A stretch of 64,000 bases of DNA from Clostridia bacterium (GCA_050872785.1 JBNMHO010000004.1:15432-79431); one strand, 5' to 3'. Positions 28,926 to 37,060 are shown, numbered from the stretch's first letter. The notes: generated by a model from the letters alone, not told the origin. Numbers and translations: made by a program.

Positions 28926-28993
28926 TTGCCGAGTGAAAAAGAGGTTTGCGCGCAGGCTTTCCGCAAAACCTCTTTTTTTTTACCACTCGGCAA
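28926..28993 (+). terminator. Long composite palindrome containing a strong intrinsic terminator downstream of the TetR gene
   Basis: Outer arms TTGCCGAGTG (28926-35) and CACTCGGCAA (28984-93). Inner arms GAGGTTTGCG (28941-50) and CGCAAAACCTC (28962-72), followed by T9. Confidence 0.7.
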
Positions 28994-29200
28994 ATTGTAT
29001 TGTAATTTGTTCTCAAATTTCAATTTTGTTGTTTCAAAGACATTTTTCAAATACATACCTATGAGCAAAGTTAATGCTCTAGTTATTCCAAAATCATTAA
29101 AGTATATTTTCCTTACTCAATCTCCTTTACTCGCTTTTGGTGTCTTTTGTAGCATAGTTTTCCCCTAAGTCAAGGGAAATAAATATTGTTTTGTGCAATC

Positions 29201-29232
29201 TACTAGATTGAATATTCAGTCTAGTATTTTTT
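29201..29232 (+). terminator. Hairpin plus T-run upstream of the sigma-like gene (terminator-like; role unclear)
   Basis: TACTAGA-N12-TCTAGTA followed by T6. Confidence 0.4.
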
Positions 29233-29365
29233 ATTGCAAAAATATTTCAATACAATATTTCTTTCTTCTTCCTTGACTTCTTGTATTAGAAATTTAAAGG
29301 TTATGTTTTGTATCCAAACCATGCTCCAACGCCACTTGCCAAAAGGCGGATAAAGGAGAAAATAT

Positions 29366-29995
29366 ATGAACAAAAGAAAAAATGAAATATTAGAAGAAAA
29401 TGTTGTAATTAGTTTAGACAACATTGAAAAAATCTCAAAAGTAATTGCACTAGCAAGTCTAAGAAACTTCGTAAAGTATGCTTACTCTAACTCAAAAAGA
29501 ATTGAAACATTACACAAGCAATTACAAAAAGACATTTATCTTCATAACGAATTGGACACATATTCTGATGCTTACGATTTAGTCCAAGAAGCAAGTTTGT
29601 TCCTATTGAAATTTGTAGGTCAAAGACTTGGAGATACTTGCACATTTATTAAACCTACTGCAAAAGCTCCACAAACAATTTCAATTAGAATGGCTTGTTT
29701 TAAGACTCTTTCTGCATATCTTAGAAAAGAAATGAAGAATGGAAACTCAGAAAACGAAGAATTACTTGAATATATTCCAGCAAAAGATTGTTTTGAAGAA
29801 GAAAAACCAGATTATACAAAAGTTAACGAAATCATAAAGAAAATTGTAACTAACAAATTGGAAAGTCAAATTTTAGAGTATTACTACAATGGTGTTGAAG
29901 TAAAACTTATTGCCGAATTTTTAGGAGTTAGCACAGACATTGTTTACAAACGCAGAAGAAAATTTAAAGATAGATATTTAGCATATTGCATATAA
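29366..29995 (+). CDS. Sigma-70 family-like protein (regions 2 and 4 only), of the kind found on mobile elements
   Basis: 209 aa. AYDLVQEASLFLLKF resembles region 2. The C-terminal LESQILEYYYNGVEVKLIAEFLGVSTDIVYKRRRKF is a region-4 HTH. RBS AAAGGAG. Confidence 0.65.
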   Translation: MNKRKNEILEENVVISLDNIEKISKVIALASLRNFVKYAYSNSKRIETLHKQLQKDIYLHNELDTYSDAYDLVQEASLFLLKFVGQRLGDTCTFIKPTAKAPQTISIRMACFKTLSAYLRKEMKNGNSENEELLEYIPAKDCFEEEKPDYTKVNEIIKKIVTNKLESQILEYYYNGVEVKLIAEFLGVSTDIVYKRRRKFKDRYLAYCI

Positions 29996-30005
29996 CTTAA
30001 CAAAC

Positions 30006-30032
30006 AGAGTGTGTAAAAAGCACTCTTTTTTT
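30006..30032 (+). terminator. Rho-independent terminator after the sigma-like gene
   Basis: AGAGTG-TGTAAAAAG-CACTCT followed by T6. Confidence 0.7.
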
Positions 30033-30316
30033 GTTAAGGAATATCAAGTAATAACAAGTTTAGTTTGGGTAAATGCTAAGTAAAGTTGTTTTTTGTATAG
30101 GTAAAGTACAAGTTAAGTCATTACATTTTGTTAATAACTTGTGCTAAAGTAAAAACGGAAATAAAAAGACAACGCAAAAATGACTAAACCGAGAAGATAG
30201 TTTATTGGTTTGCTTTTAGCCAAAATTAAAAGCCAGTGGTTGCATTTTATGGGCGTAGAAAAGAAAACTTTTCTATGTCCTTTTTAATTCCAAATTTACA
30301 AAAAGGAGTTAAAAAT

Positions 30317-30451
30317 ATGCAAAAACTAAAAATTGAATTTGAAAACGAATTAGATTTAACACTTCTAGACAATGAATTTTTTGTTGCAATACTAAATCAA
30401 ATTATGTTGTTCAAAAAATGCGAGGTGCAATATGGACTATCCCAAAACTAA
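30317..30451 (+). CDS. Small hypothetical protein (44 aa) overlapping the rep start
   Basis: ATG 30317 follows AAAGGAG with 8-nt spacing. It overlaps rep by 20 nt, suggesting translational coupling. No recognisable motif. Confidence 0.4.
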   Translation: MQKLKIEFENELDLTLLDNEFFVAILNQIMLFKKCEVQYGLSQN

Positions 30452-31313
30452 AGTATATTTTGATGGTAGTCATTTTATTGGAATACCACCTGAAAAACAA
30501 ATATGGAAGAAACGAAAAAACACAAAAGCAAAACAAAAAGATGAAATACAAGAAAAAGTTAAGGAATTGTATAAGGAAGAAGCAGGAACAAAGAAAGAAA
30601 AAACTGAAAAAATTATTGAAAAATTAACTGAAGAAATTAAAGATGAAGAAAAAGCTAAAGAGATTGTTAAAGCAACTTTAGAAAAGGAAAAGAGAAATAA
30701 AATTGTTAGACTTACGAGATTGTATAGAAAAATTGGACTGCAACAATGGACACACTTTTGCACTTTTACTTACGATGGAAATAAACTAACCGAAGAAGAA
30801 TTTAGACAAAAATTACTTACTTGTTTAAGACATCTATCTCATAGAAAATGCTGGAAATATATTGGTGTGTTTGAGCGTAGCCCAAAACTAGAGAGATTAC
30901 ATTTTCATGGAATATTTGTAATTACTGAAATGGTTGGCGAGATTATTGAAACAAAAGATTACTCTACTAAAACACATCAAATGCAGATTACTCATCAAAA
31001 CACATTCTTTTTAGAGAGATTTGGGAGAAACGATTTTAAAGAAATAATCAACAATGTTGGTGTAAATGACGCAGTTAATTATATTATGAAATACATTCAC
31101 AAAACTGGAGAAAAAGTTATTTATTCTAAGCACTTACAAACATATTTTGTTACAGACATTTTAGACGATGATGTTGTTTGCAAAATTGGTCAAGAAGATA
31201 GAAAAATATTACTTTTCGACGATTTCAAATGTTTAGATTTTGAAACTGGCGAAATTTTAGGTCAACCTAACAAGGATAAATCTCTCATAGAAAAACTACC
31301 CAAAGCTTATTGA
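30432..31313 (+). CDS. rep: HUH-superfamily rolling-circle replication initiator (two-tyrosine, phiX174 gpA-like motif set)
   Basis: Motif I FCTFTY (aa 109-114), motif II HFH in LHFHGIF (aa 157-159), motif III YIMKYIHK (Y217/Y221; compare phiX174 YVAKYVNK). The first 100 aa are Lys/Glu-rich. RBS GAGGTG. Confidence 0.75.
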   Translation: MDYPKTKVYFDGSHFIGIPPEKQIWKKRKNTKAKQKDEIQEKVKELYKEEAGTKKEKTEKIIEKLTEEIKDEEKAKEIVKATLEKEKRNKIVRLTRLYRKIGLQQWTHFCTFTYDGNKLTEEEFRQKLLTCLRHLSHRKCWKYIGVFERSPKLERLHFHGIFVITEMVGEIIETKDYSTKTHQMQITHQNTFFLERFGRNDFKEIINNVGVNDAVNYIMKYIHKTGEKVIYSKHLQTYFVTDILDDDVVCKIGQEDRKILLFDDFKCLDFETGEILGQPNKDKSLIEKLPKAY

Positions 31314-31315
31314 TT

Positions 31316-31457
31316 GTCTTTCGGTTACAGAGCATAAACGAAAATTCTTTCTTGTCAAGGGTAAAATGTATTGATTCTCAACCCTTGACAAGAAAATTAA
31401 GACTTTAAGAATTAAGAAAACAATCCATTTTCGTTTCTTTTCGCTCTGTCGAAAGAC
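31316..31457. repeat. 142-bp nested imperfect palindrome between rep and the recombinase gene (candidate origin/nick-site structure)
   Basis: Four pairings: GTCTTTCG (31316-23) with CGAAAGAC (31450-57); CAGAGC (31328-33) with GCTCTG (31443-48); AAACGAAAA (31336-44) with TTTTCGTTT (31428-36); TTCTTGTCAAGGGT (31349-62) with ACCCTTGACAAGAA (31381-94). The central loop is 18 nt. Confidence 0.75.
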
Positions 31458-31492
31458 AAAAAATAAAACTTAATAAAAGGAGAAAAAACAAA

Positions 31493-32998
31493 GTGAAAAC
31501 AGCAGTAATATATGCAAGATATTCCAGCACTAACCAAACTGAGCAGTCTATCGAAGGTCAAGTTCATGTTTGCGAAGACTATGCTAAAAAACACGATATA
31601 ATTATTGTAGATTCATACATAGACCGAGCAATATCTGGAACAACAGACAACAGAGAATCTTTTCAAAAAATGCTTAAAGATAGCAACAATAAAAAATGGG
31701 ATTATGTTTTGGTATATAAGCTAGATAGGTTTGCAAGAAATAAGTTTGAGTCCGCAATTCATAGAAAGCATTTGAAGGATAACGGAATAAAACTTCTATC
31801 TGCTATGGAAAACATTCCAGAAACACCTGAAGGAGTATTACTTGAATCTTTGCTTGAAGGAATGAACCAATACTTCAGCGAAGAACTTGCTCAAAAAGTT
31901 AGTCGTGGACTTCACGAATCTCGAATGAAAGGACATATAATAGGCTCAGTTCCGTATGGTTACATCAAAGAGAATAAAATGTTAATAGTGAATGAAGAAG
32001 AAAAGCAAATTTTAACAAGAATGTTTGAAGATTATGCAAGTGGTAAAACGATATTACAAATTTCAAGAGATTTTGAAAAAGAAAATATTACTAATAAAGG
32101 TAGTAAATTCCTACCCCAAAATATACGAAGAATATTACAAAAAGAAGCATATACAGGTATTTGCAGAATTAACAACAAAATTTACGATAAAATCTATCCA
32201 CAAATAATTTCACAAGACTTATTTGAAAAAGTAAAAACAAAATTAGATGCAAATAAGTATGGTTGCAGAAAAGATAATCACGAGATTTTTAGACTTAAAG
32301 ACAAAATATATTGTGGTAATTGCAATCGCAAAATGTATCCAGTGTCTGCAATTTCTTCTAATGGTAATGCTATTAGATATTACAAATGTATAACCACAAA
32401 AAAGAAAAATTGTTTAACTGGAATAATAGAAAAGAACTATATTGAAAACATAATAGACAAATTCTTAATATCTCAGTTTAATATTCCAAAAAACTTAAAT
32501 GAAATTTCAGAAAAGATATTTGAAATACATAAAAAGAGAGTTGGAAATAATAACTCTCTCAACTCACTTAAAAATGATTTACAAAAAACTAACACTTCAA
32601 TTTCAAACATTATGTCTGCAATTGAAAAAGGAATACTTACCGACACCACAAAACAACGACTTGAAGAATTGGAACACCAAAAGAAAGACTTACAAGAAAA
32701 ACTAATAATAGAACAATCTAAACAGCAATTTGAACTCACAAAAGAAGATATACAAAACTACTTTAAATTTACAATGAAACAATGCCCAGATAGAGCCATT
32801 GAACTATTTATTCAAAAAGTTAATGTCTATGAGGATAAAATAGAAATATCTCTAAACTACTCACTAAATACAAACATCTCCAAAATCGAAACCACATCTA
32901 AAAAACTTTTCACCGAAACCTTTACATCGACTCGCAAATTCAAAGGCGGAACAATTAAAACAACAAACAAAGTCTATGAAGTTTATTTGGTAATTTAA
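31493..32998 (+). CDS. Large serine recombinase (resolvase catalytic domain, recombinase domain, zinc ribbon, coiled coil)
   Basis: AVIYARYSSTNQ (catalytic Ser region), YKLDRFARN, zinc ribbon CGNCNRKM...YYKCITTKKKNC, then a heptad-rich segment. GTG start after AAAGGAG. Confidence 0.9.
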   Translation: MKTAVIYARYSSTNQTEQSIEGQVHVCEDYAKKHDIIIVDSYIDRAISGTTDNRESFQKMLKDSNNKKWDYVLVYKLDRFARNKFESAIHRKHLKDNGIKLLSAMENIPETPEGVLLESLLEGMNQYFSEELAQKVSRGLHESRMKGHIIGSVPYGYIKENKMLIVNEEEKQILTRMFEDYASGKTILQISRDFEKENITNKGSKFLPQNIRRILQKEAYTGICRINNKIYDKIYPQIISQDLFEKVKTKLDANKYGCRKDNHEIFRLKDKIYCGNCNRKMYPVSAISSNGNAIRYYKCITTKKKNCLTGIIEKNYIENIIDKFLISQFNIPKNLNEISEKIFEIHKKRVGNNNSLNSLKNDLQKTNTSISNIMSAIEKGILTDTTKQRLEELEHQKKDLQEKLIIEQSKQQFELTKEDIQNYFKFTMKQCPDRAIELFIQKVNVYEDKIEISLNYSLNTNISKIETTSKKLFTETFTSTRKFKGGTIKTTNKVYEVYLVI

Positions 32999-33070
32999 AA
33001 ATATCCAACATTGTAACAAACAAAATATCTTATCAGCAAATATATATTCTCACAAAACATTCATAGAAAA

Positions 33071-33113
33071 AGAGCATACTCTAGGGAGACTCCTAAAATA
33101 TGCTCTTTATTTC
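33071..33113 (+). terminator. Hairpin after the recombinase gene (weak T-tract)
   Basis: AGAGCATA (33071-78) pairs with TATGCTCT (33099-106), with an inner GGAG/CTCC pairing, then TTTATTT. Confidence 0.45.
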
Positions 33114-33171
33114 TTAGAAAATACTGCTAGTTTCAAACAGCATTGACTAATCGGGCTTTTTTTTGTAGGTT

Positions 33172-34644
33172 TTATTTCATTAGTGGGAACAAGACAACAT
33201 CACGGACTGATTCTTGGTTGGTGAGGAGGCACATAAGTCTGTCCACGCCAAAGCCAAGTCCAGAGATTGGTGGCATGCCGTGTTCCATAGCATTTAGGAA
33301 GTCTTCGTCAAGTTCCATTGCTTCGTCATCGCCTTCTGTTCTTGCTTTTGCTTGTTCTTCAAGTGTTTGACGTTGAACTATTGGGTCAACGAGTTCTGAA
33401 TAAGCCTTGCAGATTTCGTCCCCGCAGACCAAAACTTGGAACAAGTCAATTCTTCTTGCATCTTCGTCATTTCTTCTTGCAAGAGGCACAAGGCATGCTG
33501 GATAGTTATAGAGGACTGTTGGTTGAATGATATTTTCCCTAATTTTTCTCTTATAAACAAGGTCAATAACTCCGCCAACTGTTTTGCAAGCGTCAAAGTC
33601 GTCCATTGAGAAAAGACCAGTTTTTACAATGTCTTCTTTAAGTTTTTGGGCATTTGTATATTCAAGAATATTAAGCCCCAAAATTTCGTTGACACGCTCT
33701 GTGTAGTTAATTCTTTCAAAGTCTTTTGAAAAGTCGAGAGTGTGTCCCTTAAATTCAATTTTCAAGTCTTCGTTGCAAATAGTTCTAATCGCTTCCCTAA
33801 TGAATTTTGTGAAGAATTTGATATTATCTTCAAAATTCCAGTAGGCAGCATACCATTCGACCATTGTAAATTCTTGCAAGTGGCTTGGGTCCATGCCCTC
33901 ATTTCTGAAGCATTTTGCCACTTCAAAAACTCTGTCGAACCCGCCAGCGATGACGTGTTTTAGATAGACTTCTGGTGCAATTCTGAGGTTACAGATTTTG
34001 TTTAGTGCGTTGTGTTTTGTAAAGAAAGGTTTTGCACTTGCTCCGCACACTGCACTTTGCAAAATAGGTGTTTCTACTTCCAAAAAGCCGTTTTCATTGA
34101 GAAAATTCCTGAGGAATGACAAAAATTTGCTACGTTTTAGGAAAACTTGTCTGCTTTCTTCGTTTGACACCAAGTCCATGCAACGTTCCCTATATCTTTG
34201 GTCTTGATTTGTAAGCCCATGGTGTTTTTCTGGAAGAGGCAAAATGGCTTTTGACAAGAGTTCATAGTCTGCAACACGCACAGTTTTTTCGCCTGTTTGG
34301 GTGGTGTAAAGTTCGCCCTCTATGCCAACAAAGTCGCCAATGTCAACCATTTTCTTGAAGAAAGTGTATTTGTCTTCGTCAATTTCATTACGACTGATAC
34401 TTGCTTGAAGTCTTGCTTCCACGTCTTCAAGTGCAAAAAAACTGAGTTTGCCCATAATGCGTCTGAAAGTCATTCTTCCGCAAACTCTAACTTTTGTGCC
34501 ATCTGGCAAAGATTTCGCTTCCACAAGTTTGTGAGTTCTTTCGAACTTCTCTGCGTAAACAATTTTGCCTTCTTCTTTAAGTTTTCTAACTTTTTCCTTT
34601 CTAATATCTACTTCGCTTGATAGATTTTGTATATTGTTGTCCAT
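33172..34644 (-). CDS. lysS: Lysyl-tRNA synthetase, class II
   Basis: 490 aa: OB-fold N-terminal domain, FLEVETPIL, FRNEG, GLGFGVDRL. Confidence 0.96.
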   Translation of the reverse strand: MDNNIQNLSSEVDIRKEKVRKLKEEGKIVYAEKFERTHKLVEAKSLPDGTKVRVCGRMTFRRIMGKLSFFALEDVEARLQASISRNEIDEDKYTFFKKMVDIGDFVGIEGELYTTQTGEKTVRVADYELLSKAILPLPEKHHGLTNQDQRYRERCMDLVSNEESRQVFLKRSKFLSFLRNFLNENGFLEVETPILQSAVCGASAKPFFTKHNALNKICNLRIAPEVYLKHVIAGGFDRVFEVAKCFRNEGMDPSHLQEFTMVEWYAAYWNFEDNIKFFTKFIREAIRTICNEDLKIEFKGHTLDFSKDFERINYTERVNEILGLNILEYTNAQKLKEDIVKTGLFSMDDFDACKTVGGVIDLVYKRKIRENIIQPTVLYNYPACLVPLARRNDEDARRIDLFQVLVCGDEICKAYSELVDPIVQRQTLEEQAKARTEGDDEAMELDEDFLNAMEHGMPPISGLGFGVDRLMCLLTNQESVRDVVLFPLMK

Positions 34645-34670
34645 AAATAGTTCCTTCTGCTGCGTTAAAT

Positions 34671-35045
34671 TTACTTGTTATCTGATGATTTTTTGTCAAT
34701 TTTTTGTTTGGCTTCTTCTTCATCCATAAGTTTGTTGTAAACTTCAAAAACCTTGTCGATAATGTCAATATCGCCAACGAGTTCAAGATATTCGCTGTGT
34801 TCTCCAGTTTCTGCGTCTTCTTCTGTTTCCACAATTTCAAAAGCCAATGCTTCATCTTCACCAACACCTTCAATTTCTTTCATTGGTTTCAAAATTGCAT
34901 AAATTTTTTCTTCAAGTGGAATAAGTGCGATTTGCTCAAATTGAACTTCCTCTCCTTTTTCGTTGTAAAGAGAGATTGGGTCTGTGTTGTCCTCGTCAAA
35001 TAGGCAATCGATTGGGCTTTTCACTTCTTTTTCGTTTTCGTTCAT
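34671..35045 (-). CDS. DUF1292 family protein
   Basis: 124-aa acidic protein. The pattern ...EVQFEQIALIPLEEKIYAILKP... is typical of DUF1292, which usually sits next to ruvX. Confidence 0.7.
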   Translation of the reverse strand: MNENEKEVKSPIDCLFDEDNTDPISLYNEKGEEVQFEQIALIPLEEKIYAILKPMKEIEGVGEDEALAFEIVETEEDAETGEHSEYLELVGDIDIIDKVFEVYNKLMDEEEAKQKIDKKSSDNK

Positions 35046-35060
35046 TTTAATTCTCCTTTT

Positions 35061-35462
35061 TTAAGACTTAGAGTCCAAATAAGTTTGCAAAATTATTGTT
35101 GCGGAAATTTTGTCGATATATTTCTTTCTATCTTGCCACTTTATGTGGGCCTCACGCAAGATATCCTCTGCCTCAACGCTGGAAAGTCTTTCATCAACAT
35201 AGGTTATAGGAAGTCCTGACACTTCTTTCAGTTTTTCACCAAACTCCCTTGTTGCTTTTGCTCTGTCGCCTTCCGTTCCGTCCATGTTAAGAGGCAAGCC
35301 CATAATTATCTCATCAGTTTCTTGTTTTTTTGCAAGTATTGCAAGATAATTTAGGTCTTGTTCGACATCTTTTCTGTAATAAGTTTCATAACCACTGGCT
35401 ATCATGCCCAACAGGTCACTAAACGCAACCCCGATGCGTGCTTCGCCATAGTCAAGTGCCAT
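35061..35462 (-). CDS. ruvX: Putative pre-16S rRNA nuclease / Holliday-junction-resolvase-like protein RuvX (YqgF)
   Basis: MALDYGEARIGVAFSD...GLPLNMDGTEG. I prefer the internal ATG 35462 over the longer track ORF. Confidence 0.9.
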   Translation of the reverse strand: MALDYGEARIGVAFSDLLGMIASGYETYYRKDVEQDLNYLAILAKKQETDEIIMGLPLNMDGTEGDRAKATREFGEKLKEVSGLPITYVDERLSSVEAEDILREAHIKWQDRKKYIDKISATIILQTYLDSKS

Positions 35463-35586
35463 CTTCCGCTTCAAAATTTCCCCCAATAATATAAGACAAA
35501 AGTAGTTTATCACAAAATGCAAAAAATTAAAAGCATTTTATTACAAAAAAAGAAAGTCAGCAACCCGCACTGACTTCCCTTAATTA

Positions 35587-36234
35587 TTACTTGCCCATTT
35601 GGCTCATAACTTCTTCTGCAAAGTTGTCTTGTCTTTTTTCAAGACCTTCACCCATTTCATAGCGGACAAATCTTCTGATTGTGATTTTTTCGCCAATTTT
35701 GAGTGTTGCATCTGTTATAAGGTCGCTGATTGTTTTTGATGGGTCTTTAACAAAATCTTGTTCCATAAGGCACACATCTTTGTAGTATTTTTTGATACGT
35801 CCTTGGACCATTTTTTCAGCAATTTCTTTTGGTTTGCCTTCGTTTTGTGCTTGAACAATAAGAATTTCTTTTTCTTTTTCAACATTTTCTGCTGGGACTT
35901 CTTCAATTCTTACATATTCTGGTTTTGCTGCTGCAATTTGCATAGCAATATCTTTGCAAAGAAGTTGGAAAGCTTCGCTTTTTGCAACGAAGTCTGTTTC
36001 GCAGTTCACTTCAAGCAAAACACCAATTTTTCCGCCCATGTGAATGTAACTTGTAACAAGTCCTTCACCTGCAATTCTTGATGCTTTTTTGGCAACAGAA
36101 GCAATTCCCTTTTCTCTGAGATATGCAACTGCCTTTTCCATATCGCCATTGCTTTCGTCAAGTGCCTTTTTGCAATCTTGCACACCAGCACCAGTTTTTG
36201 CTCTAAGTTCTTTAATATCGTTTGCGTTGATCAT
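35587..36234 (-). CDS. tsf: Translation elongation factor Ts (short form)
   Basis: [37 protein letters not shown] and [12 protein letters not shown]. Confidence 0.95.
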   Translation of the reverse strand: MINANDIKELRAKTGAGVQDCKKALDESNGDMEKAVAYLREKGIASVAKKASRIAGEGLVTSYIHMGGKIGVLLEVNCETDFVAKSEAFQLLCKDIAMQIAAAKPEYVRIEEVPAENVEKEKEILIVQAQNEGKPKEIAEKMVQGRIKKYYKDVCLMEQDFVKDPSKTISDLITDATLKIGEKITIRRFVRYEMGEGLEKRQDNFAEEVMSQMGK

Positions 36235-36271
36235 TTTAATTTCTCCCTTTTTGTTTAGGTTTTATGGTCAA

Positions 36272-37060
36272 TTATTCCGCTTTTGGAGCGTCTTGCTCTG
36301 CCATTGCGTCAGCCATATTAACTTCTTCACCTGCTTCTTCCATTTGAGCTGCTTTTTCAGCTTCAAGTCTTGGTGAAACGCCTTCTTTTGCTTCAATAAC
36401 AGCATCAGCCATAGCACTTACAATAAGTTTTACAGATCTGATTGCGTCATCGTTTGCTGGGATTGGGTAGTCAACATCTTCTGGGTTGCAGTTTGTGTCA
36501 ACAATGCCCACGATTGGAATATTGAGAAGTCTTGCTTCTTTGATTGCAATGTGTTCTTTCTTTGGGTCAACAACAAAGATTGCTCCTGGAAGTTCTGGCA
36601 TATTTTTGATGCCGCCAAGGTTCTTCTCAAGTTTGTCTTTTTCTGCTTTAAGTTTTGCAACTTCTTTCTTTGGAAGAAGGTCAAATTCCCCCATTTCTTC
36701 CATTTGAGAAAGTTTGTTAAGTCTTGCAATTCTTGTTCTGATTGTTTTAAAGTTTGTAAGAGTTCCGCCAAGCCAACGGTTTACAATATAGAACATTCCG
36801 CAACGAGTTGCTTCTTGTTCAATTGCTTCTTGTGCTTGCTTCTTTGTGCCAACGAAAAGAATGTTCTTTCCGCTTGCGACCATATCTCTTATAAAGAAAT
36901 ATGCATTGTCGCAGCACACAGAAGTATCTTCAAGGTTGATGATATGAATATCATTTCTTGTTGTGAAGATATATTTCTTCATTTTTGGGTTCCACTTGTT
37001 GGATTGATGTCCAAAGTGAACGCCTGCTTCTAGTAGTTGTTTCATTGAAATAACTGGCAT
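36272..37060 (-). CDS. rpsB: 30S ribosomal protein S2
   Basis: [28 protein letters not shown] take ATG 37060 after AAAAGGAG rather than the track start at 37225. Confidence 0.96.
   Translation of the reverse strand: MPVISMKQLLEAGVHFGHQSNKWNPKMKKYIFTTRNDIHIINLEDTSVCCDNAYFFIRDMVASGKNILFVGTKKQAQEAIEQEATRCGMFYIVNRWLGGTLTNFKTIRTRIARLNKLSQMEEMGEFDLLPKKEVAKLKAEKDKLEKNLGGIKNMPELPGAIFVVDPKKEHIAIKEARLLNIPIVGIVDTNCNPEDVDYPIPANDDAIRSVKLIVSAMADAVIEAKEGVSPRLEAEKAAQMEEAGEEVNMADAMAEQDAPKAE

Larger units (their letters stand above)
26136..33163 (+). mobile_element. Putative integrated element (integrative, rolling-circle-replicating or mobilizable) of about 7.0 kb, bounded by a 15-nt direct repeat
   Basis: AATCGGGCTTTTTTT occurs at 26136-26150 and 33149-33163. 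A large serine recombinase gene lies at the right end, with a HUH Rep and a sigma-like gene. Spot GC counts are 20-37% in four 60-nt lines inside against 42% in three flanking lines. The right repeat copy is an orphan half of the terminator hairpin. Confidence 0.65.

Noticed and set aside
28830-28993. The GC-rich hairpins as IS200/IS605-type transposon ends, or as a tRNA or other known small RNA.
   Set aside because: There is no TnpA(Y1)/TnpB gene, the Rep is a large two-Tyr type located 1.5 kb away, no cloverleaf can be drawn, and I recognise no known RNA family. I kept it as an unexplained structure instead.
28825-29168. Short ORFs (63, 69 and 80 aa) overlapping the hairpin region after the TetR gene.
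   Set aside because: They overlap each other on both strands, lack an RBS, and are created by the palindromic GC-rich sequence. Not credible genes.
30432-31313. The phiX174-like Rep as evidence for an integrated Microviridae prophage.
   Set aside because: No major capsid, scaffold or pilot protein genes are present. The neighbours are a sigma-like gene and a serine recombinase, and the whole island is only about 7 kb, mostly cargo and regulators.
35715-35906. Lys-rich 63-aa ORF inside tsf. Similar ORFs occur at 36430-36771 inside rpsB and at 30418-30627 inside rep.
   Set aside because: These are alternative-frame read-throughs of AAG/GAA-rich coding sequence within well-supported genes. No independent start signals.
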